A stretch of 62,880 nt of DNA, the filler included. It is 3 parts of 3 records of this genome, joined end to end, with 100 filler letters (N's around TTAATTAATTAA, not from the genome) between each part and the next. Parts side by side here need not be neighbours in the genome. Positions count along the whole stretch, not along the records: positions 40,330 to 62,880 come from SRR20825006_276; 2 more parts are not named here. One strand, given 5' to 3'. Below, one piece after another: positions 51,061 to 61,900 of the stretch; within the stretch, counting starts at the first letter, position 1, and each line of letters starts with the position of its first letter. The translations under genes and the position numbers were made by a program. The notes below the pieces were generated by a model, which saw nothing but the letters and a program-made list of their open reading frames with translations, did not search any database and was not told the origin of the DNA.

Positions 51061-51201
51061 CCACTGGTGGCTCATCGCCAGCCGTGAGATGAGCAGACAA
51101 CCAGCTGCCATATCTTCCCCGCTTCACCCAAGCCTCTTATCTTCTCTATTCGTCGTGTGGTGTCACACACAGCTTGCAGATCCCCCAGAAAAGCATTGAC
51201 G

Positions 51202-54200
51202 ATGAGATTCCCAAGCCGCTATTCACGGATGAACGACAGTGCCCCAAAGTGCACTCGCAGAGGCAGACGTCGGTTACTGCTGGAGTCACTTGAAAGTCGG
51301 CGGTTGTTGGCGGTGGCTTCTGATTTGGTGACGATCCGTGGGCAAGTCACGGATAGCTTCATTGGAGGCGATTTCGAAGACGTTGCTCTGGATCTGTTCC
51401 GCGATGATGGCGATGGGGTGTTTGAGCCCGATACGGGGGACGTTGAAGTCAACATGGCCATGGCGGATCCCAGCGGCAACTATCAGTTCACCGGCGTCAC
51501 CGCGGGTTCGTACTTCGTTTTCCAGCCCGCTCAAACCGTCAACGGTCGCACGCTGCAGCAACAGATCTCGCCGTTGATCACCGTCAACTCGACCCAGGTT
51601 GCCGGGCAAGCCTTTCAAACTATCGACTCGTTCCAAACCACTCAAAGCGTCGAAGACACGGTCACCGATGGGACCCCGGTGACGTCCTCGCAAACCGCCG
51701 CCGAAGCCATCGGCGGTTCGCGAGATTTGATCGTCGACAAGACTCAAGGCGGCACGGGCGACATTGGAACGGTTGCCATTGGCGTCAACCAAGCCGTCTC
51801 GCCCAACTTGCTCAGCTTCGATGCCAACGGATTCGCCGACGGAAGCCGCTCGGTCATCTGGGACGGTGCCGGCGATGACGCCGCAACCGTCGACGACGAT
51901 GGCTTGGGAGCGATCGATCTGACCAGCGGTGGTTCCGCGACTGGATTGCGATTTGTCATTGGATCGGTGACCAGTGGCACGGCTGTGATCCGGCTTTATA
52001 GCGACGACGGAATCGCGGGCAGCAGGACTCTGGTCAGCCAAGCCACGCTGACCATCCCCGCTCTGCCAACACAACCCACCTCGGTGGAGTACATCCCGTT
52101 CAGTGACTTCCAAGCAGTCAGCGGAAGCGGTGCGGACCTGACTCAAATCAGTGCGATTGAACTCGAAGTCAGCGGCGGCCCCGACTACGACGCGATCGCG
52201 GATTTGCTTGGCACCGTTGGCCCCACCATTATCATCCAGAACATCGACAACGCGGGCGAAGCGGACTTGGAATTGACCAAGACGTTGATCACCACGGAAC
52301 CAACATTGAACCAGAATGTGGTGTTCGATGTGGTGGTCACAAACAACGGCCCCGATCCAGCAACCGGTATCGTTGTGACCGACCGCATCCCCGCGGGAAT
52401 CATCAACACGACCGGAACAACCTCCACGGGAACCTTCACCCCCGGCACGGGACTTTGGACCATCCCAAATCTCGCCGTGGGGGCGACGGCAACGCTGCGT
52501 CTGACCGGGCAACTGGACAGCTTGGATCCACAAACCAACGTCGCGGAAATCACGGCGGCGGAGCAACTCGACGCAGACAGTCCTCGCGACAACAACGTGC
52601 TGGCCGACGACGATCAAGACGCGGCGACCGTGACCGCGACACGAGTTGATCTGCAATTGTCCAAATCGGTCTCGGACAGCCAACCCAACGTTGGTGACGA
52701 GATCACATTCACTCTCACACTGCAGAACTCATCGCTCGACACGGCCACCGACGCGACGCTCAGCACCGCAACCGGCATCTTGATCGAAGACCGCTTGCCT
52801 GCGGGATTGACGCTGATCAGCAACACGCCCAGCGCCGGCACCTCCTTCAACACAACAACGAATCGGTGGTCGATCCCATCGCTCGATGTCGGCGGACTGG
52901 CAACACTGGAATTGGTCGCGCGAGTTGACCAAGCGGGTGACTTCACCAATGTGGCGGAAGTCTTGGCGGTCGCCCAAACAGATCGCGACAGCACTCCTAA
53001 CAATGACTTGATCGATGAAGACGACCAAGACGAAGTCACCATCCAGACACCGATTGCCGATCTATCGCTGACCAAAACCGTGTCCAACGAAACACCGACG
53101 GTCGGTGAGAATGTCACTTTCACAATCATGGTCAACAACGAGGGTCCCAACAATGCGACCGGCGTACGAGTCCAGGACAGCCTGCCAAGCGGTTTGACTT
53201 ACATCAGCGATGTGACCTCCTCGGGAACGTACGATCCGGACACGGGACTTTGGACCGTCGGCGACGTGACCGCTCCCAACCCTGGCAACCCGATCCCGGC
53301 GATGCCAACCCTGCAAATCATTGCTCGTGTCGACAGCCTCGGGATCAAAACCAACTCGGCCACCATCACGGCGTCGGACCAGAGCGACCCTGACAGCACC
53401 CCTGGTGCGGGTCCTTCGACCGAAGACGACACCGATTCGGCGACCTTGACGCCCAACGCGATCGATTTGCAACTGACCAAGACCGTCACCCCGTCGCGTC
53501 CCGAACCTGGCGACTCGATCACCTACACGATCACGTTGTCCAATGCCGAAACCAGCGCAGCGATTCCCATCACAACGGCGACCAACATCCAAGTCACCGA
53601 CCTGCTGCCGGCCGGGTTGATCCTTCAGGATGCACAAGTCACCGCGGGCACTCATGTCGACGCGACTGGAACATGGACGGTCGATTCGCTGGCCGCAGGA
53701 GCGAGCGAAACGCTGACCCTCACCGCGATTCTGGATCCTGGTCGCAGCAATCTGTTCGCTTCCATCACCAACACCGCCGAAATCACCCAGGCGGCCCAGT
53801 TCGATCCCGACAGCACGCCTGACAACCAAGACGCCAGCGAAGACGACCAAGCGTCCAGCGTCATCACTCCCGCGCAAGCCGATTTGTCGCTCACCAAAAC
53901 CGTTGACAACGCCAATGCAGACGTCGGCGAAAATGTGACCTTCACGATCACAGCTCGCCACGACAGTGGAGATCCCTCAGGGCAGTTCATCGTTTTGGAC
54001 ACGCTGCCCGCGGGATTGGAATTCGTCGAAGCCACCGCTTCGATCGGCGACTACGATGAAACCACTGGCCGCTGGACCGTCCCGGAACTGGACGCTGATT
54101 CCGGTACCGCAGCCCCCTCATTCGCAACACTCGAAATTGTCGCGACAACGCTTTCACGAGGCACACTGACCAACTCGGCCGAGATCATTCAAGCCACGCT

Positions 54201-57066
54201 TCCCGATCCTGACAGCACGCCGGGCAACGGGTTGATCGACGAAGATGACCAAGCGGACGCCAGCGTGCAGGCCGAACAGATCGATCTGGAACTGTTCAAA
54301 ACCGTCGACAATCCCACGCCCCGATTGGGCGAAACGATCCAGTACGAAATCGTCGTCCGCAATGAAGGCTTGGACACCGCCACCGGAGTCATCGTCGAAG
54401 AAAACTTGCCCGCCGGGCTGACCTTCATCGATGCCACACCGACGACCGGCAGCTTCAATTCATCAAGCGGTCGCTGGACAGTCGGCGAGTTGGCCCCATC
54501 CGGCTCCGCCACGTTGACCATCAATGCTCGCGTCAACAACAACGTGACGGCCGACTCACCGACAATCACCAACCGCACCGAAGTCATCGCGGCGGGACAA
54601 GTCGACTCGGACAGCACGCCTGACAACAACGAGCCTGACGAAGACGATCAAGCCAGCGTGACCGCCCGCGTCGAGTTCATCGACTTGTCGCTGCAAAAGA
54701 CCGTCGACAACCCGGCCCCCAACGTTGGTGATCGCGTCGCTTTCACGATCACGTTGACCAACGATGGCGAAACCGCGACCACGCGAGACACAGCGACCAA
54801 CATCGTGGTCCGCGACTTGCTTCCCGCGGGAATGACTTACGAATCGAATTCGCTCAGCGACGGTTCCTATGATTCCGGGACGGGCGAGTGGACCATCGAC
54901 TCGTTGGCCGACGACGCCACCGCGACATTGACGCTGTTCGCGATTGTCGATCAAGTCGGAACGCAAACCAACACCGCCGAAGTCGCTTCAGTTGATCAAG
55001 ACGACATCGACTCGACGCCCGACAACAACGTCGCGGCAGAAGATGACCAAGCCAGTGCGAGCATCACCACACCGGTCATTGATCTCTCGCTCACACAAAC
55101 CGCTTCCCCTCAACGCCCCGCCATCAACGGCGAAGTCACCTTCACGCTGACGCTTCGCAATGATGGACCCGACGATGCGACAGGAATCATCGTCCGTGAC
55201 TCATTACCCGATGGTTACACCTTCACATCCTCTTCGCCCGCCGGTGCGTTCAATTCCGCAAACGGACTTTGGACCGTCGGTGATTTGGCGTCTGGCGAAG
55301 AAACCACGCTGGAATTGACCGGCACGATCGGCGATGTCGAAACGCTGGAAAACCGTGCCGAAGTGATCGCGGCCGATCAAGCGGACCGGGACAGTGTCCC
55401 TGACAGTGGACTGGATGATGGCGAAGACGACACCGCCGCGGCAATCGTCACCCTCGCCAACGCCGACCTTTCACTGACCAAGACCGTCGACAACGCCTCG
55501 CCCAACTTTGGCGATGAGGTCACCTTCACAATCACCGTTCGCAACAGCGGCCCTGACCCAGCCACCGGAATTCGAGTCCGAGACTTTTTGCCCGCCGGAA
55601 TGGACCTCACCGACCAAACCCCATCCGCCGGCACCTACTCGCCCGTCACCGAAATTTGGTTGATCGACGAACTGGAATCAGGGCAGACCGCGACATTGAC
55701 TTTGACCGCGAATGTGAACTCCGAATCGTTGCAAACCAACGTGGCGGAGATCATGGCCAGCGACCAACGCGACCCCGACAGCACACCGGGCAATGGCGAT
55801 ACCGACCCAGCCGAAGACGACCGAGCCTCGGTGGACGTCCAAGCACAATTGATCGATTTGGCTCTCAGCAAAACCGTTGACGGCACCCGTTTTGACTTGG
55901 ACGATCCGGTTGAATTTGAATTGACCGTTTCCAACACAGGCCCAACGACAGCCACCAATGTGGAGATCGCTGACTCGCTGCCCGCCGGGCTGATCTTTGT
56001 TTCGTCATCGACCGCGAACGGAGGCTACAACCCGCAGTCGGGCACTTGGTCGATCCCAAGCATCCCCAGCAACGAGTCGGTCACGCTGACACTGAACGCA
56101 TCGGTCAATCGAGACGCGATCACCGACGACATCCTTCGCGATGGCATCACCAACTTTGCGGAAGTCATCTCCGCCGACCAACCTGACCGCAACAGCGTGT
56201 TTGGAAACGGTGACGTCAACGAAGACGATGCTGACTCGGCGATTCTGATGGTCGCCCGTGCCGATCTTTCGTTGACCAAGTCCGTCGATATTTCCAACCC
56301 CAATCGCGGCGACACGATTCAGTACTTGGTCACCATCACGAACGCGAACAACGATCCAGCGACCAACGTGGTGGTTCGTGACATATTGCCAGGCACATTG
56401 AATTTCCAAGATGCAACGCCAACGCAAGGAACCTTCGATGCCCTAACGGGACTTTGGACACTCGCACGATTAGAACCCAACCAATCCGCGACCTTGCAAA
56501 TCAATGCCATCGTCGAACAGTCCGGTTCAGTGACCAACGTCGCCGAAATCATCCAGTCCGACCAAATCGACCCTGACAGCACGCCGGGCAATGCCAATGG
56601 TGATGAAGACGATCTCGCGTCGGTCGAGGTCACTCCTCAAGTCGTCGACATCAGCGTCACCGCTGCGGTGGACAACTTGGAACCCGAGGTCGATGACATC
56701 ATCACGATCACGTTGACCGCGGCCAACGCCGACGGTGTTTCAGATGCTACCGGCGTCGTCGTCGAATCGTTGCTCCCCGATGGATTGACGTTGGTTCCGC
56801 CAGCTTCACCACAACAAGGATCTTACGACCCCGCGACGGGTCAGTGGAACATCGGCCCCTTGGCGTCCGGTGCAAGCGTTCAATTGGTTTTGACCGCACG
56901 CGTCGACACTCGCGGGTTAAAAACGTTGAACGCCGAAGTCACGCAAACCGATCAGTTCGACGTCGACAGTGTGCCGGGCAATGGCGATCCGGACGAAGAC
57001 GATCAAGTCGCACTTGAGATCCGAGCCCCACGTGTCCTATCCAAGCGGTTGTTTTTGTCTCGCTGA
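51202..57066 (+). CDS. Large planctomycete surface protein: SdrD-B-like domain plus 12 DUF11 (conserved repeat) domains
   Basis: Planctomycete extracellular motif RRLLLESLESRRLLA; 12 repeats starting D-L-x-L-x-K-like with DxDSTPxN..EDD ends; start uncertain (51157-51229). Confidence 0.85.
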   Translation: MRFPSRYSRMNDSAPKCTRRGRRRLLLESLESRRLLAVASDLVTIRGQVTDSFIGGDFEDVALDLFRDDGDGVFEPDTGDVEVNMAMADPSGNYQFTGVTAGSYFVFQPAQTVNGRTLQQQISPLITVNSTQVAGQAFQTIDSFQTTQSVEDTVTDGTPVTSSQTAAEAIGGSRDLIVDKTQGGTGDIGTVAIGVNQAVSPNLLSFDANGFADGSRSVIWDGAGDDAATVDDDGLGAIDLTSGGSATGLRFVIGSVTSGTAVIRLYSDDGIAGSRTLVSQATLTIPALPTQPTSVEYIPFSDFQAVSGSGADLTQISAIELEVSGGPDYDAIADLLGTVGPTIIIQNIDNAGEADLELTKTLITTEPTLNQNVVFDVVVTNNGPDPATGIVVTDRIPAGIINTTGTTSTGTFTPGTGLWTIPNLAVGATATLRLTGQLDSLDPQTNVAEITAAEQLDADSPRDNNVLADDDQDAATVTATRVDLQLSKSVSDSQPNVGDEITFTLTLQNSSLDTATDATLSTATGILIEDRLPAGLTLISNTPSAGTSFNTTTNRWSIPSLDVGGLATLELVARVDQAGDFTNVAEVLAVAQTDRDSTPNNDLIDEDDQDEVTIQTPIADLSLTKTVSNETPTVGENVTFTIMVNNEGPNNATGVRVQDSLPSGLTYISDVTSSGTYDPDTGLWTVGDVTAPNPGNPIPAMPTLQIIARVDSLGIKTNSATITASDQSDPDSTPGAGPSTEDDTDSATLTPNAIDLQLTKTVTPSRPEPGDSITYTITLSNAETSAAIPITTATNIQVTDLLPAGLILQDAQVTAGTHVDATGTWTVDSLAAGASETLTLTAILDPGRSNLFASITNTAEITQAAQFDPDSTPDNQDASEDDQASSVITPAQADLSLTKTVDNANADVGENVTFTITARHDSGDPSGQFIVLDTLPAGLEFVEATASIGDYDETTGRWTVPELDADSGTAAPSFATLEIVATTLSRGTLTNSAEIIQATLPDPDSTPGNGLIDEDDQADASVQAEQIDLELFKTVDNPTPRLGETIQYEIVVRNEGLDTATGVIVEENLPAGLTFIDATPTTGSFNSSSGRWTVGELAPSGSATLTINARVNNNVTADSPTITNRTEVIAAGQVDSDSTPDNNEPDEDDQASVTARVEFIDLSLQKTVDNPAPNVGDRVAFTITLTNDGETATTRDTATNIVVRDLLPAGMTYESNSLSDGSYDSGTGEWTIDSLADDATATLTLFAIVDQVGTQTNTAEVASVDQDDIDSTPDNNVAAEDDQASASITTPVIDLSLTQTASPQRPAINGEVTFTLTLRNDGPDDATGIIVRDSLPDGYTFTSSSPAGAFNSANGLWTVGDLASGEETTLELTGTIGDVETLENRAEVIAADQADRDSVPDSGLDDGEDDTAAAIVTLANADLSLTKTVDNASPNFGDEVTFTITVRNSGPDPATGIRVRDFLPAGMDLTDQTPSAGTYSPVTEIWLIDELESGQTATLTLTANVNSESLQTNVAEIMASDQRDPDSTPGNGDTDPAEDDRASVDVQAQLIDLALSKTVDGTRFDLDDPVEFELTVSNTGPTTATNVEIADSLPAGLIFVSSSTANGGYNPQSGTWSIPSIPSNESVTLTLNASVNRDAITDDILRDGITNFAEVISADQPDRNSVFGNGDVNEDDADSAILMVARADLSLTKSVDISNPNRGDTIQYLVTITNANNDPATNVVVRDILPGTLNFQDATPTQGTFDALTGLWTLARLEPNQSATLQINAIVEQSGSVTNVAEIIQSDQIDPDSTPGNANGDEDDLASVEVTPQVVDISVTAAVDNLEPEVDDIITITLTAANADGVSDATGVVVESLLPDGLTLVPPASPQQGSYDPATGQWNIGPLASGASVQLVLTARVDTRGLKTLNAEVTQTDQFDVDSVPGNGDPDEDDQVALEIRAPRVLSKRLFLSR

Positions 57067-57585
57067 AGCGATGCCACAACCGCTGCACGATGAACACCCG
57101 CCGCCGCATCCACCGGCGTCGGCGGTGCCGCATCCCGGGCCACACCCGGTCTGCATCAAATCACTCAGCTCGATGCTCTTGACTTCGGATTCGTAGCGGC
57201 GAACGATCGCATCGGTCAGCTCGCGGCCAAGAGCATCCGGTTCCCCTAAAAAGTGCAGCACCAGCGTCCCGCCGTCGAACAATTGGTCGACGTCCAGCAA
57301 CACCGCTGACGATTCACTTTCCGCCAAAATCGCTTGGCATTCCCGAACCGCGCGAACCTTGTGCCGCTGCAAACGCTCGATCAGAAGATCGTCGTTGTGC
57401 GTGGTCGGCCGGAGAATCTCCAGCGTGGTTGGCGTGCCATCATCGTCGCAAACCGACAACACTTCGGCCAATTCCACGCCACGAGGTGTCCGCACCAACA
57501 CACGTCGGCCACGTTCGATCCGTCGCTCGGCACGAGCCAGATAGATTTCCCCCGCGAAGCCGATTCGAACATGGTGCGTTATCAT
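57037..57585 (-). CDS. PSP1-domain (RicT/YaaT-like) protein with a Cys/Gly-rich tail
   Basis: RVLVRTPRGVELAEV, ILRPTT..D, LLDVDQLFDG..LVLHFL, tail GCGPGCG...CGGGCSSCSGCG. Confidence 0.65.
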   Translation of the reverse strand: MITHHVRIGFAGEIYLARAERRIERGRRVLVRTPRGVELAEVLSVCDDDGTPTTLEILRPTTHNDDLLIERLQRHKVRAVRECQAILAESESSAVLLDVDQLFDGGTLVLHFLGEPDALGRELTDAIVRRYESEVKSIELSDLMQTGCGPGCGTADAGGCGGGCSSCSGCGIASARQKQPLG

Positions 57586-57662
57586 GACGTTCAGTCTAGC
57601 CGTCTGACACGACGTCGTCGTCCCCAACTCGCCCGCCACTCACCCCGCCCGCAGGAAGCCCT

Positions 57663-58958
57663 TTGAGTCACCGCCGCATCCTTCACGCCGCCGACATTCA
57701 TCTGGACAGCCCCCTGCAGAAACTCGACGCCTACGAAGACGCTCCCGTCGACGAAATTCGCGAGGCATCCCGGCGGGCACTCGAAAACATGACCGACTTG
57801 GCGATTGAAGAACAAGTCGACTTGGTCGTCATCGCGGGCGACCTCTACGACGGGGATTGGCCCGATCAAAACACCGGTTTGTTCTTTGTCAAACAAGCCA
57901 CCCGCTTGGTCAACGAAAAAATTCACGTCGCCGTCATCCGTGGCAACCACGACGCCGCCAACAAAATGACGTCGAACCTGCCGCTGCCAAAGAACCCCGA
58001 CGGCTCCGACATTCTGCTCAGCGAAAAGAAAGTCGACCAACGAGTTCTCGAAGACCTCGGCATCGTGATCCACGGCCGATCCTATGCCAAGCGAGCCGAA
58101 ACCGGTGACATGGCCGCTGAATACCCCTCACCGATCGGCGGCATGTTCAACCTCGGCATCCTGCACACCGGTTTGTCCGGCTTGGACGGTCACGATCCCT
58201 ACGCTCCCTGTTCCCCGCAACAACTGGCCGACAAAGGCTACGACTACTGGGCACTCGGCCACATCCACTTGCGCGGCGAACATCAAATCAAAGGCACCGC
58301 ACCGGTTGTCTTCAGCGGCAACATCCAAGGCCGACACATTCGCGAATCGGGACCGAAAGGTTGTATCTTGGTCGACGTCGACGCCCGCAACCAAACCCAA
58401 CGTCGGTTCGTCCCACTCAACGTCGTTCGCTTTGAAACGTTCGATGCCAACGCGGGCGAATGGTCACACACCGATGAATTGATGGACGCCTACGAAGACT
58501 GGATGAACGACCAACTTCAACTGGCGGAGGACCGGTTGCTTGTCACGCGAGTCATCTTGTCCGGCGAATCACCGCTGCATCACCAATGGATGCGTGAACA
58601 ATCCAATCTGGAAGCGTCGCTGCGAGCCACTTCGGTCACCCACGGTCACGGGCAAGTTTGGCTGGAACGATTGAAGATCAAAACCTCGGCCGAAGCCGAT
58701 CGTTCCAACACCGAACAACACGATGCGAATCAAGAAGGCCCGCTGCAAAGCATCCTTTCCGTCGTCGAAGAACTCAAATCAAGTGGAGCGGACTCGGAAT
58801 GGATGGCCAACGAACTTTCGCCTCTGCTGAAAAAGCTGCCAACCGAGTTCAGCGGCGACCAAGCCCCAATCCGCTTGGACAACACGGAAGAACGTCATGA
58901 ATGGATCGAAGCAGCAACCACAGAACTGCTCGCCCGACTGCAAGGAGGCAAACGATGA
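57663..58958 (+). CDS. YhaO/SbcD-like metallophosphoesterase (DNA repair exonuclease)
   Basis: HAADIHLDS, AGDLYD, RGNHD, YWALGHIH, SGNIQGRH..E.G.KGC. Confidence 0.88.
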   Translation: MSHRRILHAADIHLDSPLQKLDAYEDAPVDEIREASRRALENMTDLAIEEQVDLVVIAGDLYDGDWPDQNTGLFFVKQATRLVNEKIHVAVIRGNHDAANKMTSNLPLPKNPDGSDILLSEKKVDQRVLEDLGIVIHGRSYAKRAETGDMAAEYPSPIGGMFNLGILHTGLSGLDGHDPYAPCSPQQLADKGYDYWALGHIHLRGEHQIKGTAPVVFSGNIQGRHIRESGPKGCILVDVDARNQTQRRFVPLNVVRFETFDANAGEWSHTDELMDAYEDWMNDQLQLAEDRLLVTRVILSGESPLHHQWMREQSNLEASLRATSVTHGHGQVWLERLKIKTSAEADRSNTEQHDANQEGPLQSILSVVEELKSSGADSEWMANELSPLLKKLPTEFSGDQAPIRLDNTEERHEWIEAATTELLARLQGGKR

Positions 58959-61900
58959 TCATCGAACGCTTGGACCTGATCGCCTTTGGTCACATCACCA
59001 ACCGCAGCCTCGATCTTTCCGCCGGCCCGAACCGGTTCCACCTGATCGTCGGCCCCAACGAATCAGGTAAATCAACCAGCCTGCGTGCCATCTCATCTTG
59101 GTTGTTTGGCATGAAGAAATACGCCAAAGACCATGAGTTCCTCCACCCCGCCAACAAACTGCGAGTTGGCGGACGCCTGGTCAAAAACCCGAGTGATCGG
59201 GACTCTGAGATCGCTTTGGATTGCATCCGACGCCGAGGCGTGAAAGGCAGCCTTCGAGGAGCGGACGACAAAAAGCAAATCGAAGAGACTGAACTCCAAC
59301 AGATGCTCGGCGGAATTGACGAGAGCACCTTCGGCTCGCAGTTCGGTTTGTCCTACGAAGAACTGCATCGTGGCGGAGAACAGATTCTTCGCGGCGAGGG
59401 CGAACTCGGGGAAATCCTTTTCTCAGCCGGGGCTGGAATTGGGCAGTTCCGCGACATCTTGGATCAGTTAGGGACGGAAACCAATGAACGGTTCAAGTCC
59501 GCGGGCAAAAACCCGTTGATCAACACCCTTTTGCGACAACTCGAGGACATGCGTCGCCAGTTGCGAGACGCACAAGTCCCGCCAGCCGAATTCGCAGACC
59601 TGCAAAAACAACTGGCTGAGAAAGAAGCCCAGATTGCAAACTGGCGAGCAGAGTCCCAATCGCTCGTTCAACAAATGGGCCGATTGCAATCAGCAGAAAA
59701 TGCTCTGCCGTTGATCCCACGTTGGAAAGCAGCAACTCAAGAATTGGCCAGCGTGCAAGATGCTCCCACACTGTCCGAAGACTTCTCTGACCGGCGACGA
59801 GAATGGGAACAAGACCAGAAATCGACCACCCTGCACTTGGCAACCCTGCAAAAACAACATGATGACCTCACGCTGAAACTGAAACAAATCGGGCACGATG
59901 ATTCGATCGGGATGTTCGAAGGCGAAGTCCTGGCCCTGTATCGAGAACTCCCCGGACGTGAAAAAGCTGAAGCGGAAAAAGAAACGCTGCAGCAATCTTT
60001 GACCGCCCTTGAACAAGAGATGCGATCGCGACTCCGTGACCTCGCGTTTGAAGAAACGTCGAAACCGACTGGCAACCAACCCACGCCTGATGACCGCGAT
60101 TCGCTATCGCAACAAGTCGACTCGCTACAAATTGGTGAATCACAACGAGCCAAAATCCAACGTCTAGCTGGCGAATACGAAAAACTGGTCCAGCAACGCG
60201 ACGATGCCTCCGACGATCTTGACAAAGCCAAACGCGAACTGACGATGGCCGAAGAAGCGTTGGCAGAGTCCAATGTGCCAGCGCAGTTTCAATTGCTGGA
60301 CCGCACACTCGAAGAAATGGGTGCACCGGATCGTTGGATTGAATCGGCCCGCCGGGAACAAACGCTGGTCGACAAACTCGCTCGCGAATGCCAAACAATC
60401 CATCGTCGATTGAAACTGGATCCAACCAGCGACGACAACGCCATTGCGTCTGCCGTCGAACTCTCACCGCCAACGCCGTCGCAACTGACCGAACTGACGC
60501 GAGCCCTCGATCAGGCTGGCAACGAAGTCATGCTGTGCCGACAACGAGCGAAGGAACGGCAGCAAGCTCTCGCGACCGCAGAAGAAAAACTCGCCTCACT
60601 GAAGGCAGACACGGGAGACCTACCGACACACGATGACCTTCGCGACGCTCGCAAGCATCGCGACCAGATCCTCTCGGCCATGAAGCAAAACGTGGGCGAC
60701 TATTCCGCCGACCAATGGTCCGAAGAACTGGCCGCAATCGAACTGGCGATCCATCGCGTTGATTCGATGGCAGAAATTTTCCATTCGCAACACGAATCAA
60801 TCTATCGACGCCAAGCGGCTCAAAACAACCTGGATCAACTGCAGCGTCAAGCGACCGAGCACGACTCGGCACTCGCGGAGGCTCAAGCGGCTCTGGCGAA
60901 GGCCGAAGACAACTGGCAATCCATTTGGCGAGACGCCGGCATTCCTGCTGGCGATCCCGACACGATGCGAACCTGGATATCCGATCATCAAAAACTGATC
61001 GATCAATTCGCAGACCTGCAAACCGCAATCACCCAGCGTGACCAAGCACATGCTCAACTTCGACAAGCCATTTCGCGACTGCAACAGGCACTCGAGATTC
61101 CCGAACCAGACAACTCGTCCGAGGACTCTCTCGGACAAACCTGCACCATACTTTCGCGTTTGCATGACGTCGCGTTGACCCAACACGCTGAGCAACGCCA
61201 ACAAATCAAAATTCGCGAACAACGCGAGAACAAACGCGACGAATGCCGAACGGAAATCCCTCGCCTGGAATCCGACCTGCAGCGACGACAAAGTGCCTTG
61301 GACTCCTGGAACCAACAATGGGATGAACTCACTGCCTCGCTCAACCTGGCGTCCAAGCCCGCCCCGCAAGACGCTCTCTCAATGATGGATTCGATCACCC
61401 AATTGATCGGTCAAAAGAAACAACGGGATGAAATTTCACTTCGCATCGCTGAAACCAACCAGGAAACCGATGCCTTTGTCCGGCGAGCGGTCCGTCTGCG
61501 AGATTCATTGGCGACACCGGACGCTGACTCGCCCACTTCCACAGCGTCGTCGGATCCCGCCATTGGTTTGGTCGAACTCGCCGAATCCATCAATTCTGCG
61601 CACGAACGCCTGCAACGCGAACAGCGTGCCCGCAGTGCCCGAGACGAAGTCCAACAACAACTCCGACAGCGTGAAAAAGAACTCTTGGACGCGCGGAAAC
61701 AACTGAACCGACTCGCTATCACGCAGCAACAACTTTGCGGCGAAGCCCATTGCTCCACGCCCGAAGAACTCGGCGAAGTGGAAGAGCGCTGTCGCCGCCA
61801 CGCAATCGCCAAAGACAGAGTCGACGGTCTGCAAGGCCAACTGGATCTCGCGGCAAGCGGCCAGGATCGCGAATCGTTCATCGAATCCTTGCAAGGTCAA

